Under the pieces are notes generated by a model. That model did no database searches and was not told where the DNA came from. It saw only the letters and a program-made list of their open reading frames with translations. A stretch of DNA of 46,174 bases, the filler included, from Sphacelaria rigidula (lineage: Eukaryota): assembly GCA_964200075.2 (NCBI GenBank). It is 2 parts of 2 records of this genome, joined end to end, with 100 filler letters (N's around TTAATTAATTAA, not from the genome) between each part and the next. Parts side by side here need not be neighbours in the genome. Positions count along the whole stretch, not along the records: positions 23,143 to 46,174 come from CAXNAA020000292.1; 1 more part is not named here. The stretch is one strand, 5' to 3'. The position numbers and the translations under genes were made by a program. This document shows positions 23,043 to 35,292 of the stretch, in pieces. Each line of letters begins with the position of its first letter. Within the stretch, counting starts at the first letter, position 1.

Positions 23043-23142
23043 NNNNNNNNNNNNNNNNNNNNNNNNNNNNNNNNNNNNNNNNNNNNTTAATTAATTAANN
23101 NNNNNNNNNNNNNNNNNNNNNNNNNNNNNNNNNNNNNNNNNN
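23043..23142. other. Artificial assembly spacer: 44 N + TTAATTAATTAA + 44 N
   Basis: Exactly 100 bp and symmetric, with a six-frame stop linker at 23087-23098. It is preceded by a low-complexity poly-T contig end (~22888-23042). Confidence 0.9.
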
Positions 23143-24138
23143 GTCCATGATTGTTGGCCATATCTGCTACCACAAGATGCGACGCACATTGGACGCAAAT
23201 TGACGGTGCAGATAGATGCGTTTAGTTCGATTGAACAAGCCTTGCAGAGCATTGTGATATTTGTCTGGTCTTGTTCTTGTTGTGGAAGTGTGTTGTGCAA
23301 TATAACTTGACCTTACTTGGCTCCGAAGGTATGCGAAGAATGAAAACTTCATTAACACGAATTTTGTTTTTTACATACTCTTGAGCTTATTTATTTTTCA
23401 TCTCTTATTTCTCATTTCTATTTTATTTTATTCATTTATGGGATTTAGTAACCCCCCCCCCCCCCCCCCCACGTCCCGGGATCCCCAAATGTGCACCCCG
23501 GGCCCGAGCTTTTTTTTTGGGCACTCTCGGATGACATTCAAATCCCATTCAATGCCGTGAGCGATTCGAAAACCATTAATCTGTAACAAGCCAACGCTGG
23601 CAGCACGTGGGGATAATAGCGCGAAATTATTCACATCCGGACCCACAAGCACGCATGCACTTGAATTGCAAGCCATGATGTACTTTGTATTTCGTGGTCG
23701 CGGGAAACCGTTTGTTTGCTATTTTTGATTCCAGATGTGCTATGAAACGACAAACCTGGCATATATCCGCAAATATCCACAATATCTCTTCCAGGTGAAG
23801 TGACCACGAGTACTGTACTCTACTGTCTATACCTGTACTGTTGTCAGGTGCAGACCTCAACCCTACTGTCATGTTGTTCGTAATCATGTAATAATAAGCA
23901 TCTTTGTTATAAACTCACGATACAAAAAATGGTATAAACATAGCCGGTAACGGCAAATTTCAAATAAACTGGATAAACTGGAGTCCTCATCACCAGTTCC
24001 AGTTTAGCTGCCAGTACAAACTGGACCAGTTCACAGCCGTAGTTTTCGTTCCATCTATTCTGAGCGCCGGGCTACACGTTCCGGTATATGTGGGCGGCCC
24101 AGCCGGTGTCACACACGAGGAAGGTCAACACGGGAGCA

Positions 24139-24381
24139 TTTTTTTTTTGTTCTTCGTATCCGACCTTCCTTCTGCGGTGCTTGCCTTTTTTTTTCGCGAG
24201 AGAAGTTTAGCAGTCTTTTTCCCTCGTCGACCGTTAAGTCGAATTTTGCGAACCCACGACATAGTCGCTGTCCACTGTTGTTGGGCATTGCGTGAGAAAT
24301 ATCCCAGATCACTCCGAGAATTAAACCCACGACCCAACCGTCAGAAGGTTTTGAGGTTGCCAACTGAGCCACCGGGGCGAC
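24139..24381 (-). mobile_element. tRNA-derived SINE-like element, copy 2, with A-rich tail
   Basis: Minus strand reads GTCGCCCCGGTGGCTCAGTTGGCAACCTCAAAACCTTCTGACGGTTGGGTCGTGGGTTTAATTCTCG...AAAATTCGACTTAACGGTCGACGAGGGA...GAAGAACAAAAAAAAAA, collinear with the copy at 10527. Confidence 0.75.
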
Positions 24382-24718
24382 CGGCTTATATATCTAGTGA
24401 AGGAAAACATCTAGAGTGTGAGCCGAAGCGTTTCAAATCCCCATCTCGAAACAAATCTATCCTGCAGTTCTTCGCGAGGTCATCACTTCTTCCCATTGAA
24501 GAATGCAAGATGCGACAACATCGTGCAGTTGGTGGGATGTATTGGTGCGATCTACTCGATGTTTGTTGCGTTAACACTCTGAAGATACCTTGCTGGGAAC
24601 AAACTCCTCTGTCATGTTCAATCTCAAACACGTACTCGCGCAAACACATTTTTTTCATGAAATGAAACCAGATTCGCCGTCGCTCCCCAGTGACGCCTTC
24701 AGGTTTAGTTACGTTGAC

Positions 24719-27700
24719 CTAAAACACCGCGCTTCCATCCATCGGCGGTAGGATCTCTCGGCTATACGGCCGGTTTGACACTACTCGTCCTTCAAGCTCC
24801 GTTATCAAGGCTCTGAGTTCGGCGATTTTTGTCTGTCAGCGGCAAGCGGGCCACAGGGTCGGGTTGATGGTAGGCACGCAGTGTAAGCGGTACGTTCCTG
24901 GTTAGCTCTTCGGTGTCGCGTGACGAGTAAGTGGAGAACGCAGAAGCTGCGTCTTCGCGTTCGGACGTTGACCCTTAGACCGGGAGAGTGGGTCATCCGT
25001 TGAATCGTCATCAATTTTACTTGGAAAAAGAACGCATGATCCAGATGAACTACCCTCGCGGTTTACGCGTTAACTCTGCGGGTAAAATTGTTTTTTGTTG
25101 ACGGCGCACTGTAGCCCCGCCGACAAGAAGAGAGGGTTGTTAGCGTCCAGCGAAGACCTGTATCTCTGTGGAGACAAGCCCGCTCTGTACGTAATTATTG
25201 ATCGATAGCATGTTTTCACCTTGTTGCCTTCAAGCGCCTTTGCTGGGTCATCCTCGCTAGTCTCGGGTTGGTCGCCTACCGAAACTATGGCCGTGGACAT
25301 GGTGAGTTTTGTCGTATCCCTTTTCTTGGCAGAAGCCCCGAAGCGTTTGAGCATGTTGACCTGGTGAGAGCAAGTACCGATTTGGCCGAAAATACTATCG
25401 CCACTTACACAAAAAACAGCGATGGCACGTGTGCAGTACACTCATCACCACACTTGACCGTTATGCAATTTTTAGGTTTGTGTCAAGAAATTCCTTTATA
25501 TCAACTTCCGGTGGATTACATCAAAATCCGAAACTTACCACCGGTTTGTCCCATCTCATACGCAGCGAAGTGGAACAAAACAAAAATTCATCAGTTTGTT
25601 TCAATGCATCTGTCGCATTGTTCATCCTCTCAATGCTTCTTGTTGTAATGGTAACCCAATCACTTGACATCATGATCGGGCAAGATCACATCCATCGACA
25701 GCGCAATGTGCTCATGGTGTCTGTTGTATCTGAGCTCTACTCACGCCGAAGTACATTGGACACGTAGTCGAGAGCTGCTTCTCAGGGATGCCTCTTCCGA
25801 AAACCGTGCTAAATCGAGAGATTTAGTGGGGGGAAAAGCGTTTTCCCCAGTTTCTGCACCAAGTCAGTTCAAGTTTTCTGAAATCGCGACTACACCCTTG
25901 CTCTGAGTTCAGTGACGCAGATCGTTCTCACTTTGGTCAGCTTAAGTTTAGCGGTGGCTTGATAACTTGGATTTATATTACACCCTTCCCACCCTCCCGT
26001 TTTGGGATAAAATGGAATATGATGCTGCTTTTCAGAGGCATCAAACGATACCCCTTGAATTCATAACCCTTTCACCCATCCCTTTGAGAGACCTGAGCAG
26101 CGTTAGCAGTCCCACTTTTGAGCTCCGACGTGGTCATTCAAGTGTTACGTGTTGGTAGCAGCAAGTCATCTAGGAGTAGGTGGATATCATGATTCGCCGG
26201 CCATAGAGTGGGGCACGTAGATAAGTGTTGGGTTAATATGGGTGTAATGCATTCAAAATTATTCCGGATAGTAGAGTTCAGTCAAGGCAGGGATAACCGA
26301 ACCCATGAGATCACCTGTGCTTCGAGTACACGTTTAGCCGCCTTGTTGTGCCCTCGTTGCATATTGATTTCCTTAATCAGTAGCATGTTATCTTGCATCA
26401 CCTGCCGAAGAACCGTGTACCACGACCAGGTCATCCTCAGTCCACGTGCAACGGGTTCAACAACAGGAATTTAGTGCCAACAGCGACAGTCTGACGTGTC
26501 GACAACATGTATTTACGTACTTGAGTTGCCACCTGGTGGTGTTGGCCAGCTCCCTTGGACTCACAGATCTAACTCGCGAAGACTTACTGTTTCACTCGGT
26601 ACTCCAGCCAGTAGCAGTTAGACGTACACTGGGGAATAGTTCACCTGTGACTGCGGTGCTTAAACAACGGGGTAGGACTCGGAGATTCAGAGCGCATTCT
26701 CCATGCATTCATTTTGTACAAGGGGCGCGGTGTCCCAAACTCTTACAGGTGACAACCTATGGAAATGGCCAAGTGCAGCCTAGAGACGCATAAGACTGGT
26801 GGAAGTAGTGGGCTCAGACACGATAGGTTACTCAAGGGCAACAGGGGTTTCAATAGCACATGACAGGGAAATCAACGAGTCCCCTTTACAGGAACAAAAC
26901 ACAGTCACGGGTAGCCTTCGCGAACCAACCCATGCACGCGTAAGGACAGGTGAAGAGCAATCAGGCGAGGCGAAAACCGCACCAAGGACAGTAGAGAATG
27001 GACCGAGCAAGGCATCGAATCGATTTGCCTCAACGTGTAATTAAAAAAAAAGTAATCGACTCAGAGTGAAGGCGGGATGTGTACGCCAGCCGCGGCTCAG
27101 GCGTGGCTGTTGCATCCACAGATGCATCTCATGCTATTTGACGAGAAAGGTGGCCACAGAGATACACTGCCACCTTTTGACAACGAGTCCTTCATATCGA
27201 CGTGGGCGTTGTGATACCCTACCCATCAAATGAAGGGCTATCCGATAGCCACACATGCTCACTTCTTGACTGATTATCGCTCCTTGCTCATGGAAAATAA
27301 CATGAGGAGTAGGACCCGATACGAGAAACCACCCACCCACCCGACAATGTGTTAGCGTATAGACCCCCGAGATGGACGGTGAGTGTATTTGACTACCCAC
27401 ACTTCCCCGCGTGCAACGAGACCCCCGTGTGTTGCTATTGATGTTCAAGGACAAAACACTCGGGGTACTCTCCGCACGAGGAAGTTAGCACAATAACCCA
27501 CGCGGCCGGTACATCCCCAGAATCATCACATACATACTCTATGTGCACTATTGTACTTTGTCTAGTACAAGCAATGCATTGTGCTCGCCTTAACATTCTC
27601 CGTGCGGTGGCTGTTGACATCTGTGATGAACTTGTGGTGCAAATAGTGCAGGCTGGACTCTAGGTACTCCTGGATAGACGAGCACGGCAGTTGCAGGATC

Positions 27701-30700
27701 GGTTCGGTTGCGTGATAGAACGAGAACATGGTGTAATTTTCAAGTTGATTTCTACTTGCAGCGTGTTTGGTTCTAGTGACAACGTGCTCTCCACTCAAAG
27801 CAGGGGTTTGTGCCCTGGACAGATTGTGATAACATTCCTCCGCCAAAGCTAGAGTAAGCTCTTGCATCACTCTTTCAGCCAGCGAGTACGCGGGGGTATA
27901 CATACATGGAGTCTGTTTGTCAGCAACCCATTGGAACAAGGAGATCCTTCGGGGAGAGTTATCCAGAGACGAGAGAGACAAGAGAGACCTACCAGGCAGT
28001 ACAGTACTTTTTGTGGACGAACGAGACGTTCGCCACTGTTACTTGGGCTGCATCACCCCCCCCCTTTACCCGCCTTGTGTCGGTGGTACTCATGCACCAC
28101 GTTCGCATCTATTTCACTTCGTGGAAGGTCCACGTCCACGTTCGCTCTGTACATGGACGACACGTGTTCCCGCAGTGCGGCCGGATCTTGAATATGCTGT
28201 ACGCACTCGTGCAACTCTTTCTGCCACGTCAGGAAGGGTAAGCAATGTGCAACGTCAGCAAAATGCAACGCACGAGACGGGCAACAACTCTGAGCAATGT
28301 AAACAGCAAGGGACTGCACAAAAATACTCCCAGTGACGTTCTTGAAAACGCCCAGGGAGCGCCACGCGGACGTCCTCGTTTTGTGCTCGCTGCCACATAA
28401 ATAAACGGAGACGGCGTGAGCAGCACAGCACCACCCGACACGGAACGGCATACCTGAAGTCTCCCACGCGAAGCCTCTTGATCAGCAATTCGTTTCCTCT
28501 GATCCAAGTTTTGTGCCTGCATTTCATCGAGCTTTTGCCGCAGCTCTCCAATGAGAAGATCTAATTGGGCGTTGCTGTTATGAAACTGCAGGGGGGGGGG
28601 GGGGGCGAACGTGAGCGCACAAGGTTTTGCAACTACCGTCGGGCCCTGCATGAACGAGGCACTACAATACAATTAAAGTGTTGGTGTGGAGCTATGACAC
28701 ATCGAACAGGGACGATACAGGAGCCTTGAAACTACAATATACAGCGCCTACTCATAACTCCCCTTGCAGTTTCTTGCGCACCCACCTGCTCGAGTTCTTT
28801 GTCCATCTCTTTTATTTGTTCCTTCATGCTGCCGATTTCCGTCTCGCGCGGCTCAATTTGGCGTTTCAGTTCTTTGATCTTGAAATCGAGCACGAACTTG
28901 AATTTTTCGAGCTGCGGAACGCATGGAAACCAATGAGATGTTCACATGAAGGTACGTTGGTCCCAGAAGGCAAGGCATAGACGCAGTAGCAATAACCATT
29001 CCTTCAGAGACTACTTCGTAACTCTCTCCCACATAGAGTACATGCAGCACCACCCACTCGCAGTACGTACGACGCACCTCTTGGTTCTTTTTCTTCAGCT
29101 CATAAATTTTCTTCTCCTTTTCGCCGATGGTATCATCTCTGCACTTGATTTCTCGTTTATGTGCCGCGATTTCCCTTTCTAATCCCTTGATCTTTTGCTG
29201 CAGATCCTTCTCTTTCTCGTGAAGCCCTCTGATCTCTTCCTGGTCATGTGAGCAGACACTGATTTTTTTCGTGTGCCGCTAGGGAATGTTCAACTGTAGC
29301 ATATGCAATCGTGTACGTCGCCCCCAAGCAAGTCGTTGTGCAATGTCATTGGTGATGATGTTAGAACGTCACAACCGGATGTAGCGTGCCGCTCTCGATT
29401 TCTGTGCGTTGAATCTCACCTTTTGGTCCTCAATGTCCTTCGTCAGTACAGTGAATTTCTTCTTCATGATACCATTTTCTCCTTTATACCTCAACGTTGC
29501 CTCCCGCTCGGCTGAAAGTTGGCTTTCAAAACGATGTCTTCAGTAGTACAGTTTACGTGACGAGGCGACATTGAAGTGAGGGTGCGGCAACGGAAAGGGA
29601 ATACAACGATGAGTAACGTCTTCAGATATTTGTACTGCGTAGGCATAATCTCTGAATCAAATTGTATGCCACGCATGGCACCCACCGCAAGTTGTCTATC
29701 TCGGTGTCGATATCATCCTCCACTTGATGCTTTGTCTCGGTAAACTCTCTGTCAAGCTCAGTCTTCTCTTCGTGCAGGTGGATGCGCAGGTGGCGATCCT
29801 CCCCGAGCTTCTGTTCAAACTCTTCCGTTAGCTCCGCAACGTATCTGCAGAAGGGTCGTGGTTTTTGTGACAATTTCGTAGCGATTTTCACAGCATGGCC
29901 ATACAATCAAAAGATTCGACCGAGATGAGGGTCGTGTACCAGAGATCCCATCGTAACCTGCTGTTCGCGTGCCAAAAGGGACGCGACGAACGCCGAGAAT
30001 GAGCATAGCGCCATCCATTAAGGGGTCGGACGGGACATGCGGTGTACATCGATCGCCAACCTTGATTGCGAAGTTGATCTTATACCTGCCTGCCCAACAT
30101 GCAAGCGGGTGCGAAACCGCATCGCACAACGATGCGTGCCCTACCTTTCGTGTGTCGTAACGAGAAGCTGCTGTTGTTCGTCCCATCGCTCCTGCTGCAT
30201 ATTCCGCTCTTGTACAAGTGCCTGTTGGGTGTGATGGACCTTGTAAGGACTTGACAAGCCTCTGCAAGACAACAGCGTCGGGGGCCAGGATACGCTGAAG
30301 TTGTGACGGGGCAACAAAATAAAGTACACTAACGACTACAGCTTCCAACGATATCCTTCGTAGCCCCTAGTCACCTGATATCGCTCGACCTCGCCCATAA
30401 TCGTCTGTTGGTATGCGTTTTCAAGTTCTTGAAGCTCGTGCTGGTGCTTTTCGTCCATTTCCCTCAAGCGCGCTTCGTACTCCATCTCAAGATCGCTCTT
30501 TTCTTCCCTGGGACAGCGAAGGGTTGAAGTCTTGAGATGAAAAAGGTGCAGCAGGGATGACTACCTTCTGTCTGGCTCTCACGTCCACGCAGTTGCTAAC
30601 CCACTTGTACACGATGAAGCGACCGAATTGGAGCTGGCAATGCTTCGAGCATCGTGCTCGACACCCGAAAGTGCGACACCGTAATCCATCCCTTTCTCCG

Positions 30701-33700
30701 GAAAAGTCACCGCCACCTACCTTCCCACGCACCTACCTCAGCAACTCGAACTTATTCTTGCTTTGCTCCAGGTCCTGGGTGAACCTTTCCGTGATTTCCT
30801 GTGCGTTAGTGCAGCGGGTGCGAAAGTGCCGATCTGGTCGTCGGAGTAAATAGGGATTGTTTGTCTGCTGCGGCGAAATGTCACTCATGGCAAGAGCGAC
30901 TTGGTGCATGTGAATAGGACACACACACATACCTTAATTTTCTCGGAGTAATTCATGTCCTTCAGCCGGAGCTGGTATTCGTTGTGAAGGGCCAACTCGT
31001 CCACCTTGTTTTTGAGCTCCACCATGAGAGTGTTTTTATCTTCGAGATTGCTCCGTGTAACGAGAATCTCCTGCACATCGTTAGCGAATGCACGACCATG
31101 ACCGTGTGAGATGATCAGCAAGCCAAACATTATTTTGGCCGTGCAAGGTGGACATCGGCCGGGTAAACCACGGGAGCGGCCAAGGCAGGTCCATTGTCAG
31201 GGCGATCACTCAAGATTAGTGGAGTACCGTACTTGCTTATCGAGCGCTACTGAAGAAATATTGTTCCGGTATGTCTCACGGATCAACCCTCGTAGCTAGT
31301 CGGCTTGTACAACGCAACTGTGGGATGCGTGTAAGAGCAGTAGAGGAACTGGCCATATTTTGGACAAGTACAAGCATCAGATCCGAACAGGTACGGATAG
31401 GAAAGACGGCGGAGATCGTATGATCTAGCCTGGCGTGGGGAGACTTCAACGAGTGCTTTTTCGATGTCACACCTCCGAGGCTGCAAGATGTTGCAGCTCG
31501 CCCCCGCCTAGTTTGGAGTTTGATGGACCTCGATCTTGTCGATCTCGCACATCAAATACGAAAACACAGCCGGCCTCATCCGCTGCTAGCAAAAACTGAT
31601 CGTCGTGAGTTATGCACAAGCGTGTTACCGATGTGCCGACACATATGTACTGGTGGCCCAGAAAACGCGCGAGAGGACAGCCGATGAAGGGCAAAGGTGC
31701 AGACATGGTCATAGCGTCGGTTGACAAAAATACAGAGAGTGCGATGAAGCAAAGCGTTCATCATGGCCATTTTTTCAGTACCGTTTGGGTCAACCGCTCC
31801 CGCTATAGACAACTCCAATATTGCCTCGAAGGCTATCTACAAAACAAGCTCAAAAATACCTCCAAATAATCTCCGGTCAGCGGAAAACTGTACGCTCGAA
31901 CGCAGCCCGGCTTGCCGGCTTCCGAAGTTCCTGCGAACATCATGTGTTCTGAGTTGGAAAGTACGATCTGGCCAAGGATAACTCCGGTATTGAGCTCCTT
32001 GATAACTTGTAGATCAGGCACCTCCAGCTCTTTCAGCATTCGATCATTACCCACAGTGAAGACCGATTCCTTGGTGCTGCTCGTGCGAGGGGTAGGGAGG
32101 TCTTGATTACATGGGAGTCGGCCCTCTCAATCCCTAGATCACAGAGATTTGCACGGAAGACTATACAGCATGCATTCAACTATCCATATCATTTCCAGAT
32201 ACAGGTCTGACCTGAGAGCGCAGCTGTACGCTGTCCCCTTTTGGACGAACTCGCCCAGTCGCTTGGCCTCGTCAACGTCCCACTGATACACGGCCCCATC
32301 TTGGCCGCAACTTAGCAAGGTTTGGTCCTGGATCCCCCAGAAAAGATGGCGAACCTGGTATAATGATTTTAGTACGTCCGGTGCAGATGTATGTATGTTA
32401 GTAAAGGCAGAAATACAACCACGAGCGGCTTAGATAAATGAAATGCACACGCGCGATAAAAAGGATATCTTCGTCACCTTGCTGTTATGACCGCGAAGAT
32501 CCGCCAGTTTTTCGTACGTGTTGAAATCGAAGATGGTGATGACGTTCCCATTGACCGCCGCCAGCATGCTTCCGCCGTTGCTATACTTGACTTCTCGGCA
32601 CTGCTTGATGGCAATTTCGTGGCACGTCCTTACGTCGTCCATCAGTAGATTCATTAGCCGAAGCTTGTCTGCGAACCCCACAACAATGTGTAGCCCTGAC
32701 GGATGCAGTGCAAGGCTGAACGGCTCTTCCTGGAATATCTTCCAAATGTCTAATCGCTGCTCCACAATGTTCCACACGCGTACTGTACGGTCCATACCAC
32801 AGGTTGCGACAAGCGGTTTACGAACACAGGTGTCCATACCCGTGATGCCACCCGCGTTTACACCCGGTCCATGGAACAGGGATATTACGGGCTTCACGTC
32901 GCTGTCCTTGATGTGCTGGTTCGTGATTTTCACCTCAAACAGCTGGTTTTCATCTGTCACAGCGCATAGCCTGTCTTCACTTGGACACAACGCAAGGCTT
33001 ATCTGCTCCATACCACAACAAGCAATGGGTGGTAAGCATCGTCAGTGTGTGTGAAGCAGTCGTCAACAACTTCAGTTGGCTCCGACAGCGCTATGTGGAT
33101 TACGTATTTTCCGCTTCAATAGCCGGTGGTGGGTATAGATAGGCGCCGTTCCACACTGCTCGTGATGACGAAAACCTGAAGATCTGCATCTCTCGCTGGC
33201 TATACCCGTGTAGCTCACCACAGCAGCCGTGGTGTCCACGCGCCACGTTTGCTTGCATTCGAACATTTTCGTCGGGCTCGGGTTCTCCGCGTGGTTCATC
33301 ACGTACAGGTATAATCCTCCCTCTGAGCATCCTGCGATGAAACCCTGCGAGGTATACAGCGATAAACGTAGTGACGAGACTGACGGCGTTGAAAGGCGTA
33401 TTCAGAGCAAGGATAAACCATGCAGAACATGCGGTTTGGACGATTGGGCTATTTTTCGACAGAGCTAGGCAGCAGATATGTAAAGAGGAAGGATGGGGCT
33501 GTTCCAATTCAATCCTACATTGGGGGTAATATCTTTCACACCATGAATATCTGGTCAAGTCGGCAAATAGAGGAGTAACCAGAAACGGCAGCCAAGGCGT
33601 ACCTGTGAGTAGGCCAGCAGCGAAGTGACTTTGATGTCTACGCCAGGGGCGCCCACCAAGTAGCATACGAAATCACCAGACCTGAAAAGGACCAACTGTC

Positions 33701-35041
33701 CAGTCTCGGTGCCCAGCACAAGGTGATCCTCTGGTTGCTTCAACCACGTATGAGACAAAAAATTGTGCTTCTTCACCCTTGGTGCCGTCATGGCCCGCAA
33801 GTCTCCTTCCGTCACGCGGTAAAATTGGAACGTGGAGTTTCCACACACGCAGGCAAGTGAAGTATCTACAGGACTAAAGCTGACCTGCACCATTTTTAAC
33901 ACGTTAGAGCGCGAGCAGGACGTACAACCGTAGCATAAACTTTCGAAACACAGCAGAAGTCAAGCTTCGCAGCACATTATTATGTGGTCCTTCTCACCCC
34001 TGGGCAATGCATGCTCAATAGTTGCAATAATTGAACAAACGTACTACAGTAGTATAATACCTTAAGCACAGGGACTATCGTCGAGGATTATGAATTGTCC
34101 AGGGTGTGCTCCGTTTAAAAACTACCGACAGTATTGTACAACGGTAGAGGATGCTTAGTGCAAACGCCACAGTATTCATTGTACATTTTCTTGTACTCTG
34201 GAATACCGGATCGACAATACTTGCAGGTCAATTTGCAATTCTGTCCTTTGTACCAGACGGTCACCGAATGTTTTTTCTTCAGAAATGTTGGATAAAAAAA
34301 CGAAAATATACCGCAAAAAATTCACGCAACACCTACATGTGCGATTGCAGTGCTACATTTGGTGAAACCTTCAGCGTTCGCACTTTGGTACTGGAGAACG
34401 GTTCTCACGTGGATCACCCTGGATCATGGATCACCTGGTAGATGGAAAGTGTCTCAGATGTGCGGATCTTCGCGAGAGGACGCGCTTTTGCCCAATTCCA
34501 CAAGACTAGATTCCAGTGCGGTGCTCCACTCTGAGAAAGCAATAAGTTGCTGTCATGGCTGAATGCCAAGCTGATGCATCGATTTCCGTCTCCCTCTATG
34601 TGCAATACCTTGCGTACCCGTAGAGTGCGAAGATCGGATACCGACACCTAGAGTAGAGGGTACGGTGTGCGGATGTGAGCGATAAGAACGGACTTGCTGT
34701 TTTTCACTGTATTCGTGTGTGTTGTTGAGCTGCTGAGTGAGGTGTGTATGATTCCACCCATTCGGTAGAATCGACCGACAGGCACGTTTCTTACGCACCG
34801 TGGATTTCTCGCCATCTTCTGCGAGTGCTACAAAGCGCGCAGATGGACAGAGTGACATCGCTGTGATGAGGTCCGAAGTGTCTGAGCCATGGATGAAGCG
34901 CTGCTGCCCCTCAAGAATGTTGTAGATTACGATGTTGTGACCTGCGACGTATACAATTGTGGCTTGATCACAAAACGCAATTGCGTTAGAGCGACTGCCC
35001 TGTATTCCGAACACGAACCTATGAGATAGGCATGACGCCAT
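24719..35041 (-). CDS. CFAP57: Cilia- and flagella-associated protein 57 (WDR65): WD40 repeats plus coiled coil, 22 exons, ~1200 aa
   Basis: Exons (minus): 35041-34799, 34647-34435, 33884-33603, 33344-33219, 33002-32478, 32354-32212, 32076-31860, 31649-31473, 31070-30933, 30798-30737, 30507-30375, 30221-30145, 29844-29686, 29537-29420, 29239-29078, 28911-28786, 28585-28454, 28220-28074, 27669-27589, 26401-26315, 25360-25220, 24832-24719 (3603 nt, open to TAG). Family motifs: [133 protein letters not shown]. Confidence 0.95.
33993..34108. mobile_element. Degenerate MITE of family A in CFAP57 intron 2
   Basis: Ends CTCACCCCTGGGCAAT ... ATTGTCCAGGGTGTG match the family TIR. The interior is diverged and no clear TSD is seen. 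Confidence 0.5.
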
Positions 35042-35292
35042 TTGAAGTCCTCTATTTTTCTCAGTGTGGGCAACACACCATTCGCCCGGTCACCTCTCGG
35101 CCGTATACACCAAGATGTGTTACAGCGATATGTCACAGCGCGGAACTGTCAGGATGGTCATGGTAAAATCTGTCCGACATAATGCCTCCTCGTTTTCAAA
35201 CATTTGTTTTCTGACAGTCATTTTCTACCGGGAAAATCTGGGTGGGGCAAACCAGAAACTGAAACAAGTAAAATCTTGGTTTTGTGTTGATC
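35042..35292. promoter_or_regulatory. Putative bidirectional promoter/5' UTR region between CFAP57 and COG1
   Basis: Only 251 bp separate the divergent start codons (35041 minus, 35293 plus). Confidence 0.6.

Noticed and set aside
22809-23098. Poly-Phe ORFs
   Set aside because: Low-complexity poly-T contig end running into Ns.
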